Origin: Corynebacterium glutamicum ATCC 13032
GTDB taxonomy: Bacteria; Actinomycetota; Actinomycetes; Mycobacteriales; Mycobacteriaceae
Assembly: GCF_000011325.1 (NCBI RefSeq)
Contig: NC_003450.3
Location: 1,590,001 to 1,622,000, forward strand
DNA: 32,000 bases
Direction of reading: 5' to 3'
The notes beneath the pieces were generated by a model, which did not search any database, was not told the DNA's origin, and saw nothing but the letters and a program-made list of their open reading frames with translations. A program made the position numbers and the translations under genes. The first letter of the stretch is position 1. The number at the start of each line of letters is the position of its first letter. This document shows, piece after piece, positions 17,658-26,526 of this stretch.

Positions 17658-19268
17658 CTACTTCACCCCTTCCGAAAAATCAGATTGCATCTGCTTTGCG
17701 ACGCCGTGCCACGTCGGGTTCGACGTAATGACGACGGTTTTCCGGCCTCGACGAAGCTTTTCGACGCGATGTGCCACTTCATCCAGGGTCACCGCATCCA
17801 ACCCCGTGGTCGGTTCATCCAAAATGAGCACCTCAGGATCAACAGCCAAGAATCGTGCCAAAGCAATCCTCTGGCGTTGGCCACCGGAGAGATTCAATCC
17901 GGCCTCGCCGATCAAGGTATCTGGAAGCTCAAACTCCCCCGGCATGTTCAGATCAGCACCCAATCGGCTCAAGATGTCCTCACAACTTGCAGCATGAAGA
18001 GCAGCGCGCAGCATCTCCGGTGCGATAGTGCCCATCGGATTCAAATTATCCTTCAGCACACCTTCAAACACGCTGACGCGGTGAGGAGCCACAATGACAT
18101 CTTCACGAACCTGAAGCGCCTCCAACTCCCGATCAATCACATCGCGTGCCTCAGGTGTCGAAGGATCCCACACCGTGATCCCCTCTTCAAATTCAAAGGT
18201 GGCAGGCTGAGGTCGTGGCTCAGCGGCCGCCTTATCCAGTTCAGTGACTAAGTTTTGGACCCTTTTTGTCGAAGCCTGTCCCCTAGCCCAAATCTCTGTC
18301 ATCATGCCAAGCGACACACCCAACACAGTCAACGAAGGTGGCACCAGCAACGTCACCGAGATCATCTCACCACCAGTTATGTCACCGTCAAAAGCCAACA
18401 GTGACGCATAAGCCAAAAGACCCACAGAAAACACCGCTGGGACAAGTTGGCGCACAAAAGTCAGCAACGACTGCAGACGAACTTCCTTCAACATGATTGC
18501 CAAGGCTTCATCAGCCGCTGCGCCAAAGCGCTCCTCAGTTTGAGAAACAGCGCCCAAACCTTTCACCACCCTGGATCCCTGCGCCACATCGGTAGCCAAA
18601 GACACCGACTTCGATTCCGCCTCACGGCGTTTCGCGGAAATCTTAGTCAACGGAGTTGCCGTGAAATAGGAAGCCAACGCGGTAAACACTCCACCCACCA
18701 CGAGTAACACCGCAATCAGCGGAGAAATCGGCGCAATAGAAATAGTGGAACCCAACAAATAGCCCACCATCATGATGGGAAAGTTCAGCACCTGCTTCAA
18801 CCCACCAATTTGAACCGAGTCCTGATCGACCGTATTCAACATCTCACCAGGAGTCAGCGAATTACGTGGCGTAGTAACCAACTTGCCCGAAAGCTCAAGG
18901 CGCAAGTTGTGCACTACCCTGGCACTCGCTAAATCAGTCAATGCATCAGCCGAGCCCTCCAGGATGTAGATCACCCACAACAGCACAGCCAGCGCCACCG
19001 ATACCACCAGTACTGGCATCAACTCACCTGAGCCAAACGCCCATTCCGAGCCACGCCCAACCACCAGCGACACCACAGCACCAAACATGCTGGACACCAA
19101 CATGCCGAATACCAACAGCCACGTAGCAGCAGGAAACGCCCACAGTAACGCCCAAGCACTTTTAACTGGCGTGGAGTTCTCCAACTTGGGAAGCAAGGGT
19201 GTGCCCTCATCTGGAGAATCCGGAACAAACCAGGACCATGTGCGCATCCTGGGGAATTCATTTGTCAT
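17658..19268 (-). CDS. ABC exporter half-transporter (TMD-NBD) with degenerate NBD lacking a Walker A P-loop
   Basis: Canonical [13 protein letters not shown] and [12 protein letters not shown]. No GxxxxGK[ST] in the NBD and no His at the H-loop position (VVITSNPT). Its stop TAG abuts the downstream ATG (TAGATG at 17660..17655). Confidence 0.9.
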   Translation of the reverse strand: MTNEFPRMRTWSWFVPDSPDEGTPLLPKLENSTPVKSAWALLWAFPAATWLLVFGMLVSSMFGAVVSLVVGRGSEWAFGSGELMPVLVVSVALAVLLWVIYILEGSADALTDLASARVVHNLRLELSGKLVTTPRNSLTPGEMLNTVDQDSVQIGGLKQVLNFPIMMVGYLLGSTISIAPISPLIAVLLVVGGVFTALASYFTATPLTKISAKRREAESKSVSLATDVAQGSRVVKGLGAVSQTEERFGAAADEALAIMLKEVRLQSLLTFVRQLVPAVFSVGLLAYASLLAFDGDITGGEMISVTLLVPPSLTVLGVSLGMMTEIWARGQASTKRVQNLVTELDKAAAEPRPQPATFEFEEGITVWDPSTPEARDVIDRELEALQVREDVIVAPHRVSVFEGVLKDNLNPMGTIAPEMLRAALHAASCEDILSRLGADLNMPGEFELPDTLIGEAGLNLSGGQRQRIALARFLAVDPEVLILDEPTTGLDAVTLDEVAHRVEKLRRGRKTVVITSNPTWHGVAKQMQSDFSEGVK

Positions 19269-19300
19269 GGCGAAAACACTACCGCAGCTTTATACGGACA

Positions 19301-19322
19301 GTACTTACAAAGCTGTAAGTAC
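19301..19322. promoter_or_regulatory. 22-bp palindrome GTACTTACA-AAGC-TGTAAGTAC upstream of the ABC operon; candidate operator
   Basis: Perfect 9-bp arms read directly, 33-54 nt upstream of the 19268 start codon. No regulator gene is adjacent. Confidence 0.3.
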
Positions 19323-19421
19323 AACTTTGTCTTTTTAGCTAATGACCTGCAGATTTGTGTTCAAGGAAAGATTCGGGCTATTGTTTATCTCGTGCCAAGG
19401 GCAATAAGCCCTAAACACCCA

Positions 19422-19507
19422 GCCCGGGTGGCGGAATGGCAGACGCGCTAGCTTGAGGTGCTAGTGTCCTATTAACGGACGTGGGGGTTCAAGTCCCCCC
19501 CCGGGCA
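19422..19507 (+). tRNA. tRNA-Leu (anticodon GAG), copy 1
   Basis: Manual fold. Acceptor GCCCGGG/CCCGGGC. Anticodon stem CTAGC/GCTAG with loop TTGAGGT (anticodon GAG). Long variable arm. T-arm GGGGG-TTCAAGT-CCCCC. Discriminator A. CCA is not encoded. Confidence 0.93.
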
Positions 19508-19593
19508 CACTGTGTTGAGACAGTATTTAAGACTCTGAACTTTATTCAAGTCCAGAGTCTTACCTTATGCCTTATGTTTTACTCACACACCCA

Positions 19594-19679
19594 GCCCGGG
19601 TGGCGGAATGGCAGACGCGCTAGCTTGAGGTGCTAGTGTCCTATTAACGGACGTGGGGGTTCAAGTCCCCCCCCGGGCA
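19594..19679 (+). tRNA. tRNA-Leu (anticodon GAG), copy 2, identical to copy 1
   Basis: Same 86-nt sequence by eye, 172 bp downstream of copy 1. Confidence 0.93.
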
Positions 19680-19690
19680 CAAATTAGTTA

Positions 19691-19738
19691 AATCACCCTG
19701 TACAAGATTACTTCTTGTACAGGGTGATTTTCTGTTTC
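19691..19738 (+). terminator. Rho-independent terminator after the second tRNA-Leu
   Basis: Stem AATCACCCTGTACAAG / CTTGTACAGGGTGATT followed by TTTCTGTTTC. Confidence 0.8.
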
Positions 19739-19838
19739 TCCTACGGCTGCTCAAAAATGCATTGTATACTGCGACCACTACAGCTGTTTTGACTGCTTTG
19801 TTTTGGGAAATCCAGTTATCTTATTTCTTTTTTGACGC

Positions 19839-20192
19839 CTACCATTGTTCCAATATGTCTTTGCGCGGACGCGATTGTGTCTCACGCCAAAAATCTAACC
19901 TGATCTGACACGGCAATGAATCCCAACTGCGTCCTGAATTTCGATATTCCCGAGTTCCAACGCTGCTCGGATGACCGAGACCCGCGTACTCCCTCCAACC
20001 TTCAGAACGCGAATACCCACGTTCGCGATACTTGCCAGGAGCTAACTCCCAGGAATACAGCTGTTCGCCAGGAAAGAAAAAAGCATCACGATCACCTGAT
20101 GATTCGACACCAAAATAGGCTGGTTCAGTCCCGAAGAACTCAATTCCCTGAGCTGTAATGAAAGGACATTGGTATGGGGTTGCCTCTGACAT
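19839..20192 (-). CDS. Hypothetical protein (117 aa)
   Basis: Complete ORF with a strong upstream RBS (AAGGATGGAGAG on the minus strand). No motif recognised. Aromatic- and Arg-rich. Confidence 0.55.
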   Translation of the reverse strand: MSEATPYQCPFITAQGIEFFGTEPAYFGVESSGDRDAFFFPGEQLYSWELAPGKYRERGYSRSEGWREYAGLGHPSSVGTREYRNSGRSWDSLPCQIRLDFWRETQSRPRKDILEQW

Positions 20193-20235
20193 CGTTTGAG
20201 CTCTCCATCCTTTTCATTTCGCTATTCTGGTATCC

Positions 20236-20847
20236 ATGAGTCCCACCGTTTTGCCTGCTACACAAGCTGACTTCCCTAAGATCGTCGATGTTCTGGTTGA
20301 AGCATTCGCCAACGATCCAGCATTTTTACGATGGATCCCGCAGCCGGACCCCGGTTCAGCAAAGCTTCGAGCACTTTTCGAACTGCAGATTGAGAAGCAG
20401 TATGCAGTGGCGGGAAATATTGATGTCGCGCGTGATTCTGAGGGAGAAATCGTCGGCGTCGCGTTATGGGATCGGCCAGATGGTAATCACAGTGCCAAAG
20501 ATCAAGCAGCGATGCTCCCCCGGCTCGTCTCCATTTTCGGGATCAAGGCTGCGCAGGTGGCGTGGACGGATTTGAGTTCGGCTCGTTTCCACCCCAAATT
20601 CCCCCATTGGTACCTCTACACCGTGGCAACATCTAGTTCTGCCCGTGGAACGGGTGTTGGCAGTGCGCTTCTTAATCACGGAATCGCTCGCGCGGGTGAT
20701 GAAGCTATCTATTTGGAGGCGACGTCGACTCGTGCGGCTCAACTATATAACCGTCTGGGATTTGTGCCCTTGGGTTATATCCCCTCAGATGATGATGGCA
20801 CTCCTGAACTGGCGATGTGGAAACCGCCAGCGATGCCAACTGTTTAA
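20236..20847 (+). CDS. GNAT-family N-acetyltransferase (puromycin-acetyltransferase-like C-terminal fold)
   Basis: Acetyl-CoA motif region VATSSSARGTGVGSALLNHGIARAG and C-terminal YLEATSTRAAQLYNRLGF. Confidence 0.85.
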   Translation: MSPTVLPATQADFPKIVDVLVEAFANDPAFLRWIPQPDPGSAKLRALFELQIEKQYAVAGNIDVARDSEGEIVGVALWDRPDGNHSAKDQAAMLPRLVSIFGIKAAQVAWTDLSSARFHPKFPHWYLYTVATSSSARGTGVGSALLNHGIARAGDEAIYLEATSTRAAQLYNRLGFVPLGYIPSDDDGTPELAMWKPPAMPTV

Positions 20848-21062
20848 CCCTGAAGGCGATTTAAGGGGTCGAGGATCTCAGAGTAGGCCACGGTGTGGGT
20901 GAGGCCTTTTCAAGGTCGCAGAAGCGATTCTGGACGGTCTCAATTTTGGGACTCATGGGTCAGATGTGATTCCTGCCAATTCACTGATCAAGAGCTCACC
21001 ACAAGCAAACCCCAGAATCCAAAATCGAATGGATTTTTGCATAATAGCGACCCGGAAGCGCA

Positions 21063-21109
21063 AAAATCTACCACAGACTGCAAGTTTTCAGCATTCTGTG
21101 GTAGATTTT
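21063..21109. terminator. Bidirectional terminator: perfect 15-bp stem AAAATCTACCACAGA / TCTGTGGTAGATTTT
   Basis: Arms read directly, with T-runs on both strands. It lies between the convergent GNAT gene and meaB (stop 21147). Confidence 0.75.
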
Positions 21110-21146
21110 CGCATATTTGTTCGCCCACCATCCAAATGGTGCCTTA

Positions 21147-22238
21147 TTAGGCTTTGTCGAACGCCTCCAGGATGTTTTGGGCAGCCAACGTCGGGGTGGT
21201 GGAACCTTTGCGGAGGGCTCGTTCCATGTCTTGGCTCACTACTTGAACACCGGGATCGTTTTCGAGACGCATGCGGATAGTTTCATGGACCATCGACCAA
21301 GTCCATCCCACTTGTTGGTCGCGTCGTCGCCTGTCGAACTCCCCCGCCTCCACCATGGTTTTGTGGTGGTTTTGGACATGATGCCAAAAGGTGTCCACAC
21401 CAGTGCCTTCGACAGCTGACATGGTGATTGTTGGTGGATGCCAGAGTTCATCGGGGCTGCGAACCATGCGGAGTGCAGAAGCGAGGTCGCGGGCTGCTCG
21501 TTTTGCTGGTTTTTCGTTGGGGCCGTCGGCTTTGTTGATGGCCACCAACTCTGCCATTTCTAAGACACCTTTTTTGATGCCTTGGAGTTGGTCGCCAGCG
21601 CCGGACAGCGCCAGGAAGGTGAAGATATCCACCATGTGCGATACGGCGACTTCGCTTTGGCCGACGCCGACGGTTTCGACGATGATGATGTCGTAACCTG
21701 CAGCTTCGAAAACCACCATGGCTTCACGCGTTGCTTTGGCCACACCGCCAAGTGTTCCGGCAGAAGGTGACGGCCTGATGAAGGCGTTTTCTGCGTTGGA
21801 AAGCTTGGACATGCGGGTTTTATCGCCAAGGATCGAGCCGCGAGTTTTGGTCGAGGACGGGTCGATCGCTACTACTGCCACCTTGTGTCCCTGTTCAATC
21901 AGGTGCAGGCCGAAGGCTTCGATGAAGGTTGATTTACCAACACCGGGGACTCCTGTGATGCCGATGCGCAGGGCGTTTCCAGAATGCGGCAGCAGCTTGA
22001 CCAGGAGTTCTTGGGCCAAGGCGCGATGGGCTGGCGCAGTGGATTCCAACAGGGTTATGGCACGCGCCATGAGGGTGCGGTCGTGTTGGAGGACGGCGTC
22101 GTAAAGCAATTGGACGTCGATGCGCTGCCTGGCGCGCTTGAGCGCCTCCGGAGCCACTGCGGTGCTGCGCCCTAAATCAGTGCCTCCGGTGGTGGTGAGG
22201 GTACCTAGGTTGTCTTCTAGGAAACCGTGATCACTCAT
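21147..22238 (-). CDS. meaB: Methylmalonyl-CoA mutase-associated G-protein chaperone (MeaB/ArgK)
   Basis: P-loop [10 protein letters not shown] and the NKAD GTPase specificity motif. It overlaps the mcmB stop by 8 nt (ATGAGTGA). Confidence 0.93.
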   Translation of the reverse strand: MSDHGFLEDNLGTLTTTGGTDLGRSTAVAPEALKRARQRIDVQLLYDAVLQHDRTLMARAITLLESTAPAHRALAQELLVKLLPHSGNALRIGITGVPGVGKSTFIEAFGLHLIEQGHKVAVVAIDPSSTKTRGSILGDKTRMSKLSNAENAFIRPSPSAGTLGGVAKATREAMVVFEAAGYDIIIVETVGVGQSEVAVSHMVDIFTFLALSGAGDQLQGIKKGVLEMAELVAINKADGPNEKPAKRAARDLASALRMVRSPDELWHPPTITMSAVEGTGVDTFWHHVQNHHKTMVEAGEFDRRRRDQQVGWTWSMVHETIRMRLENDPGVQVVSQDMERALRKGSTTPTLAAQNILEAFDKA

Positions 22239-24444
22239 TCACATCCACATCCAGGTCAAAGCCCAGGTGTGCGGCGAGTCGGGTGATCAGATCGATCGCC
22301 GACTCCGCGATGACGGTTCCTGGAGGGTAAATCGCGGCGGCACCCATATCGTAGAGATCCTGGAAATCGCCCGGCGGAATGACGCCGCCCACGGTGACCA
22401 GAATGTCATCGCGGCCAAGAGCTGCAAGTTCTTTCTTCAGCTCGGGCAGCAAGGTGAGGTGGCCTGCTGCCAGCGAAGACATACCCACCACGTGAACATC
22501 GGCGTCCACGGCGGCGCGGGCAGCTTCGGCTGGAGTTTGAAACAGCGGTCCAACATCCACGTCCATGCCCAGGTCAGCATAGGCAGACGCGACAACCTTC
22601 TGTCCACGGTCATGTCCATCCTGGCCCATCTTGGCAATAAAGATACGTGGGCGGCGGCCTTCCTCAGCCTCAAAGGCGTCAGCCAGGGCGATCGCGCGTT
22701 CGACGTTGCTCACTGTGCCTTCCTTTCCAACCTCATCCTTGTACACGCCAGACAGCGTCCTGATTTCTGCTTCGTGGCGGCCAAAGACAACTTCCAAAGC
22801 ATCGGAGATCTCTCCAATGGTAGCTTTTGCGCGCGCAGCATCGACGGCAAGTTTGAGCAGGTTCTGATCCAAATCCCCTGGCTCTTTATGCTCGTTGCGG
22901 GCAGCAGCTGTCAACGCATCCAGCGCAGCCTTGACTTCCGCATCGTTGCGCTCTGCTTTCAGTTGCGCGAGTTTAGCCAACTGTTCTGCGCGAACCTTGG
23001 TGTTGTCAACCTTGAGGACTTCAATTTCCTCATCTTCTTCCGCCACGTAGCGATTCACGCCGATCAGCGCCTGGCGGCCGGAATCAATGCGAGCCTGGGT
23101 GCGTGCCGCTGATTCCTCAATGCGCAGCTTAGGAATTCCCTGCGCGGTGGCCTGCGCCATTCCGCCGGCTTCCTCCACCTCATCGATGTGCTTGCGCGCG
23201 CGGTTAGCCAGCTCATTGGTCAACCACTCCACGTAATAGGAGCCCGCCCATGGATCAACTGGACGCACCGTGCCAGATTCCTGCTGCAGCAACAGCTGGG
23301 TGTTTCGGGCGATACGAGCAGAGAAATCGGTGGGCAGCGCCAACGCCTCATCAAGTGCATTGGTGTGCAGCGACTGGGTGTGGCCCTGGGTTGCAGCCAT
23401 CGCCTCAATCGCGGTGCGGGCGACGTTGTTGTACACATCCTGCGCGGTCAACGACCAACCAGAGGTCTGCGAGTGCGTGCGCAGCGACTGGGACTTGGCG
23501 TTTTTCGGATCGAATTTTGCCACCAACTCGCTCCACAGCAGTCGTCCCGCACGCAGCTTTGCGATCTCCATGAAGGTGTACATAGAAATACCCCAGAAGA
23601 AGGACAGACGAGGCGCGAACTTATCCACGTCAAGGCCTACCTCTTTACCTGCACGGATGTATTCAATACCATCCGCCAGAGTGTAGGCCAGCTCCAAATC
23701 GGCAGTCGCTCCCGCTTCCTGGATGTGATAGCCAGAAATCGAAATGGAGTTAAAACGTGGCATCTTCAAGGAGGTGTACTCAAAGATGTTGGAAATGATG
23801 CGCATCGACGGCTTCGGCGGATAAATATAGGTGTTGCGCACCATAAATTCTTTCAAGATGTCATTCTGGATCGTGCCCGCAAGCTGCTCCGGACCCACAC
23901 CTTGTTCCTCAGCCGCCACGATATAGAACGCAAGAATCGGCAGCACAGCGCCATTCATGGTCATCGACACCGACACGCTGGACAAATCAATGCCATCAAA
24001 CAGCTGACGCATATCCAAAATCGAATCAATCGCCACGCCGGCCATACCCACATCGCCGACCACGCGCTCATTATCCGAGTCATAACCGCGGTGGGTCGCT
24101 AGATCGAACGCAACCGACAAACCTTTTTGACCCGCAGCAAGGTTCCTCCGATAAAACGCATTGGATTCCGCGGCGGTTGAAAAGCCTGCGTACTGGCGAA
24201 TCGTCCACGGCTGATTGGTGTACATAGTTGGGTACGGCCCGCGCATAAATGGCTTTTGACCTGGCAAAGAATCCACCGGATGTCCCGCCGCTTGCGCCTC
24301 GTCGCGGTCAGCCTGCGTGAATACGCGCTTGACATCAATGCCTTCGGGAGTGTTCCACACCTTGCCGGCGTCAACGTTGTGTGACTCCGATGCACGTGTC
24401 TCAGCAGTCAATGGGATGTCTGAAAAATTAGGGATCGACGTCAT
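22231..24444 (-). CDS. mcmB: Methylmalonyl-CoA mutase large (alpha, catalytic, B12-binding) subunit
   Basis: 737 aa. TIM-barrel mutase domain ([18 protein letters not shown]) and a C-terminal cobalamin-binding domain with DxHxxG present as QDGHDRG. Confidence 0.95.
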   Translation of the reverse strand: MTSIPNFSDIPLTAETRASESHNVDAGKVWNTPEGIDVKRVFTQADRDEAQAAGHPVDSLPGQKPFMRGPYPTMYTNQPWTIRQYAGFSTAAESNAFYRRNLAAGQKGLSVAFDLATHRGYDSDNERVVGDVGMAGVAIDSILDMRQLFDGIDLSSVSVSMTMNGAVLPILAFYIVAAEEQGVGPEQLAGTIQNDILKEFMVRNTYIYPPKPSMRIISNIFEYTSLKMPRFNSISISGYHIQEAGATADLELAYTLADGIEYIRAGKEVGLDVDKFAPRLSFFWGISMYTFMEIAKLRAGRLLWSELVAKFDPKNAKSQSLRTHSQTSGWSLTAQDVYNNVARTAIEAMAATQGHTQSLHTNALDEALALPTDFSARIARNTQLLLQQESGTVRPVDPWAGSYYVEWLTNELANRARKHIDEVEEAGGMAQATAQGIPKLRIEESAARTQARIDSGRQALIGVNRYVAEEDEEIEVLKVDNTKVRAEQLAKLAQLKAERNDAEVKAALDALTAAARNEHKEPGDLDQNLLKLAVDAARAKATIGEISDALEVVFGRHEAEIRTLSGVYKDEVGKEGTVSNVERAIALADAFEAEEGRRPRIFIAKMGQDGHDRGQKVVASAYADLGMDVDVGPLFQTPAEAARAAVDADVHVVGMSSLAAGHLTLLPELKKELAALGRDDILVTVGGVIPPGDFQDLYDMGAAAIYPPGTVIAESAIDLITRLAAHLGFDLDVDVNE

Positions 24445-24447
24445 GAT

Positions 24448-26298
24448 TTAAGCTCCCAAAGCATCTAGCAGGTCAGCCAGCGTCGCCGCGGCATCAATTG
24501 TCATGTTCAAATAACCATCGGGCGCATGCGCGCTGCCCTCAAAGCTCTTCGGCGCGCCAGCAAGCAGGATGCGCTCAACGCCCGCTTCGCGGAGCTTTTC
24601 GACGGCTCCCTCCCCCGTTTCGGCATACTCTTGGTCCGTTCCACACACCACTACAATGCCTGCGGCCTGTGCAGCTTCTGCAAAAGCGTCAGTGCCGGGA
24701 ACAAGTTGACCCGGGTTGATTGCTTCAATGCCACCGGAAGCCAACAGGTTGGAAGTAAAACCAGTGCGAATATTGTGCTTGGACAACGGTCCCAGAGGAA
24801 TCATCGTGATCTGTGGCCTCGCGCCGTTCTTTTCCAAGAAAGCATCCGAACGATTGCGCAGCGCTTCAAAATCCGCTGCCCATCGACGCACACCTGCAGG
24901 TTCTACCCGACGATCAGCTGGCAGCGGAGACTCCGCCAAGTTCGGGAACTCATTAATTCCAGTGAGCTTCTTCTTTCTCGACGCCACATCAGCGCGAGTC
25001 TGCTCCCACGTCTGATCAAGCATGGCAGTCACCGTGCCGGATGCACAAGCTGCACTGTATCCGCCCTCAGCTTCGATGCCACTGAACACAGCCCACGCCT
25101 TCTCCGCTAGATCATCGGTGAAGCTCTCCACGAAATATGATCCACCAGCAGGATCAACCACGTGACCAAGATGTGACTCTTCTAGCAACAACAAATTAGT
25201 ATTGCGCGCGATGCGGTGAGCGAAATTCCTCGACACTCCAGGAACTCCATCTGGGATCGCATCATCAAAAGTACGAACCTCCACATCGGTTGCTCCACCG
25301 ACGCCTGCAGCGAAAGCTGCAACAGTACTGCGCAGCATATTCACCCACGGATCACGCTGGCTAAACATCGCTCGTGCAGTCACCGCATGCTGTGGTGCTA
25401 CGGCCAGCTCTGGAAAACCAAGCACCTCACACACCCTGGCCCACAGACGTCGAGCCACACGCAGCTTAGAAATCTGCGCGAACTGCTCATCGGTGACCGC
25501 AAAACGGAACGCCACCTGCTTAAGTGCAGCTTCCGTGGAAAGGCCTGCATCGACCAAGCGACGGACATAATCCACACCGGCGGCGATACTTAGACCAATT
25601 TCTTGAGCATCCGACGCGCCCTGGTTGGAAAAACTGGAACCATCCACCAAGATAGCGCGCACATTCGCACGCTTGGAAGCATTCACTGCCAACTGAACTG
25701 CTTCTTCAATGGTGTCACTGTGCGAACCATCAACCTGCGCCGTCAAAGGACGAGAACCCAAGGTCAACGCAGCAAAAAACGTTCCGGCTTCCTCCGCCAA
25801 CGTATACAACGCCGCTGCAACCTCTGACGTGGATCCACCCGCATGAATCAGCAACGGAGCCATGTTGAGATACACGCCTTCGAGAGCAACTTTAAGATCA
25901 GCTGCCGTGAATTCCTCAGAGAACTCAAAACCCAATGTGGTGGTGCCAGAATTCAGAGCATTCAGCACCGCAGCGTTGATATTCTTCGGGCTGTCATGTC
26001 CGAAAGTCTCAGTAACACCCCAACCAACGCGTTCACCATCAACAGTGGTTCCCCTAGTGAAGGGAAACTCACCAGGAACCTCAGTGAATTTCCTCTGGGA
26101 CTCATCTGCTCTGGTGTACAGCGGATTGATATCAACACCATCCGGTGTAGTGACGATGAGTTTCTTCCACACATCTACGGCAATGTCGCCGATGTCTTTT
26201 TTCTGTGTGCGCGCGAAAACACCGGCCACAGCCTTGTACCAAGTTTCGAGGTTCTCTGAAAGTTCCTCGGGCACCGCAGTCTTTGTGAGATCAGTCAA
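24448..26298 (-). CDS. mcmA: Methylmalonyl-CoA mutase small (beta) subunit
   Basis: 616-aa mutase paralogue. Its C-terminal domain lacks the DxHxxG histidine (VVVCGTDQEYAE). TTG start at 26298. Its stop lies 3 nt before the mcmB ATG. Confidence 0.9.
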   Translation of the reverse strand: MTDLTKTAVPEELSENLETWYKAVAGVFARTQKKDIGDIAVDVWKKLIVTTPDGVDINPLYTRADESQRKFTEVPGEFPFTRGTTVDGERVGWGVTETFGHDSPKNINAAVLNALNSGTTTLGFEFSEEFTAADLKVALEGVYLNMAPLLIHAGGSTSEVAAALYTLAEEAGTFFAALTLGSRPLTAQVDGSHSDTIEEAVQLAVNASKRANVRAILVDGSSFSNQGASDAQEIGLSIAAGVDYVRRLVDAGLSTEAALKQVAFRFAVTDEQFAQISKLRVARRLWARVCEVLGFPELAVAPQHAVTARAMFSQRDPWVNMLRSTVAAFAAGVGGATDVEVRTFDDAIPDGVPGVSRNFAHRIARNTNLLLLEESHLGHVVDPAGGSYFVESFTDDLAEKAWAVFSGIEAEGGYSAACASGTVTAMLDQTWEQTRADVASRKKKLTGINEFPNLAESPLPADRRVEPAGVRRWAADFEALRNRSDAFLEKNGARPQITMIPLGPLSKHNIRTGFTSNLLASGGIEAINPGQLVPGTDAFAEAAQAAGIVVVCGTDQEYAETGEGAVEKLREAGVERILLAGAPKSFEGSAHAPDGYLNMTIDAAATLADLLDALGA

Positions 26299-26526
26299 CG
26301 TAGACTTACTTTCTCTTGCTTATGGATAGCTATTGGATTGCTTTTGTGTAGGGAGTTCACAAGCTTGTAAAGCCTTCACCTGTGTTTACCTACGAAAATT
26401 GCCGAACTTAATACCCTTCTGCGAACAGCTGAGCAGGGATCGGCACTAGCTTCTACTACGATAACGAGAACTTTGTTTCAATACATTCAAAATGGCGGAA
26501 TATTTTGATCACGGGGGTGCAACTGT

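Larger units (their letters stand above)
19415..19681 (+). repeat. Tandem duplication of the tRNA-Leu unit (about 95 bp repeated with 172-bp period)
   Basis: Identity extends 7 nt upstream (ACACCCA) and 2 nt downstream (CA) of the tRNA in both copies. The spacer is unique. Confidence 0.85.

Noticed and set aside
15921-19338. Many plus-strand ORFs (up to 255 aa) overlapping the two ABC genes
   Set aside because: They are shadow ORFs antisense to genes with full ABC motif sets. They have no motifs of their own and biased Arg/Ser/Ala composition.
19269-19421. Possible cobalamin riboswitch or B12-uptake link for the ABC operon, since two B12-dependent enzymes (MetH, MCM) lie in the window
   Set aside because: The roughly 150-nt leader is too short. 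I could not find B12-box-like conserved elements. The idea rests only on loose proximity.
19680-21146. Genomic island integrated at the tRNA-Leu genes
   Set aside because: There is no integrase gene and no downstream direct repeat of the tRNA 3' end in the window. The region contains only an orphan ORF and a GNAT gene.
22267-26329. Plus-strand ORFs of 281, 304, 194 and 155 aa inside the mutase operon
   Set aside because: They are antisense to mcmB and mcmA, whose translations carry diagnostic mutase and B12-binding motifs. The antisense products are Arg/His-rich and motif-free.
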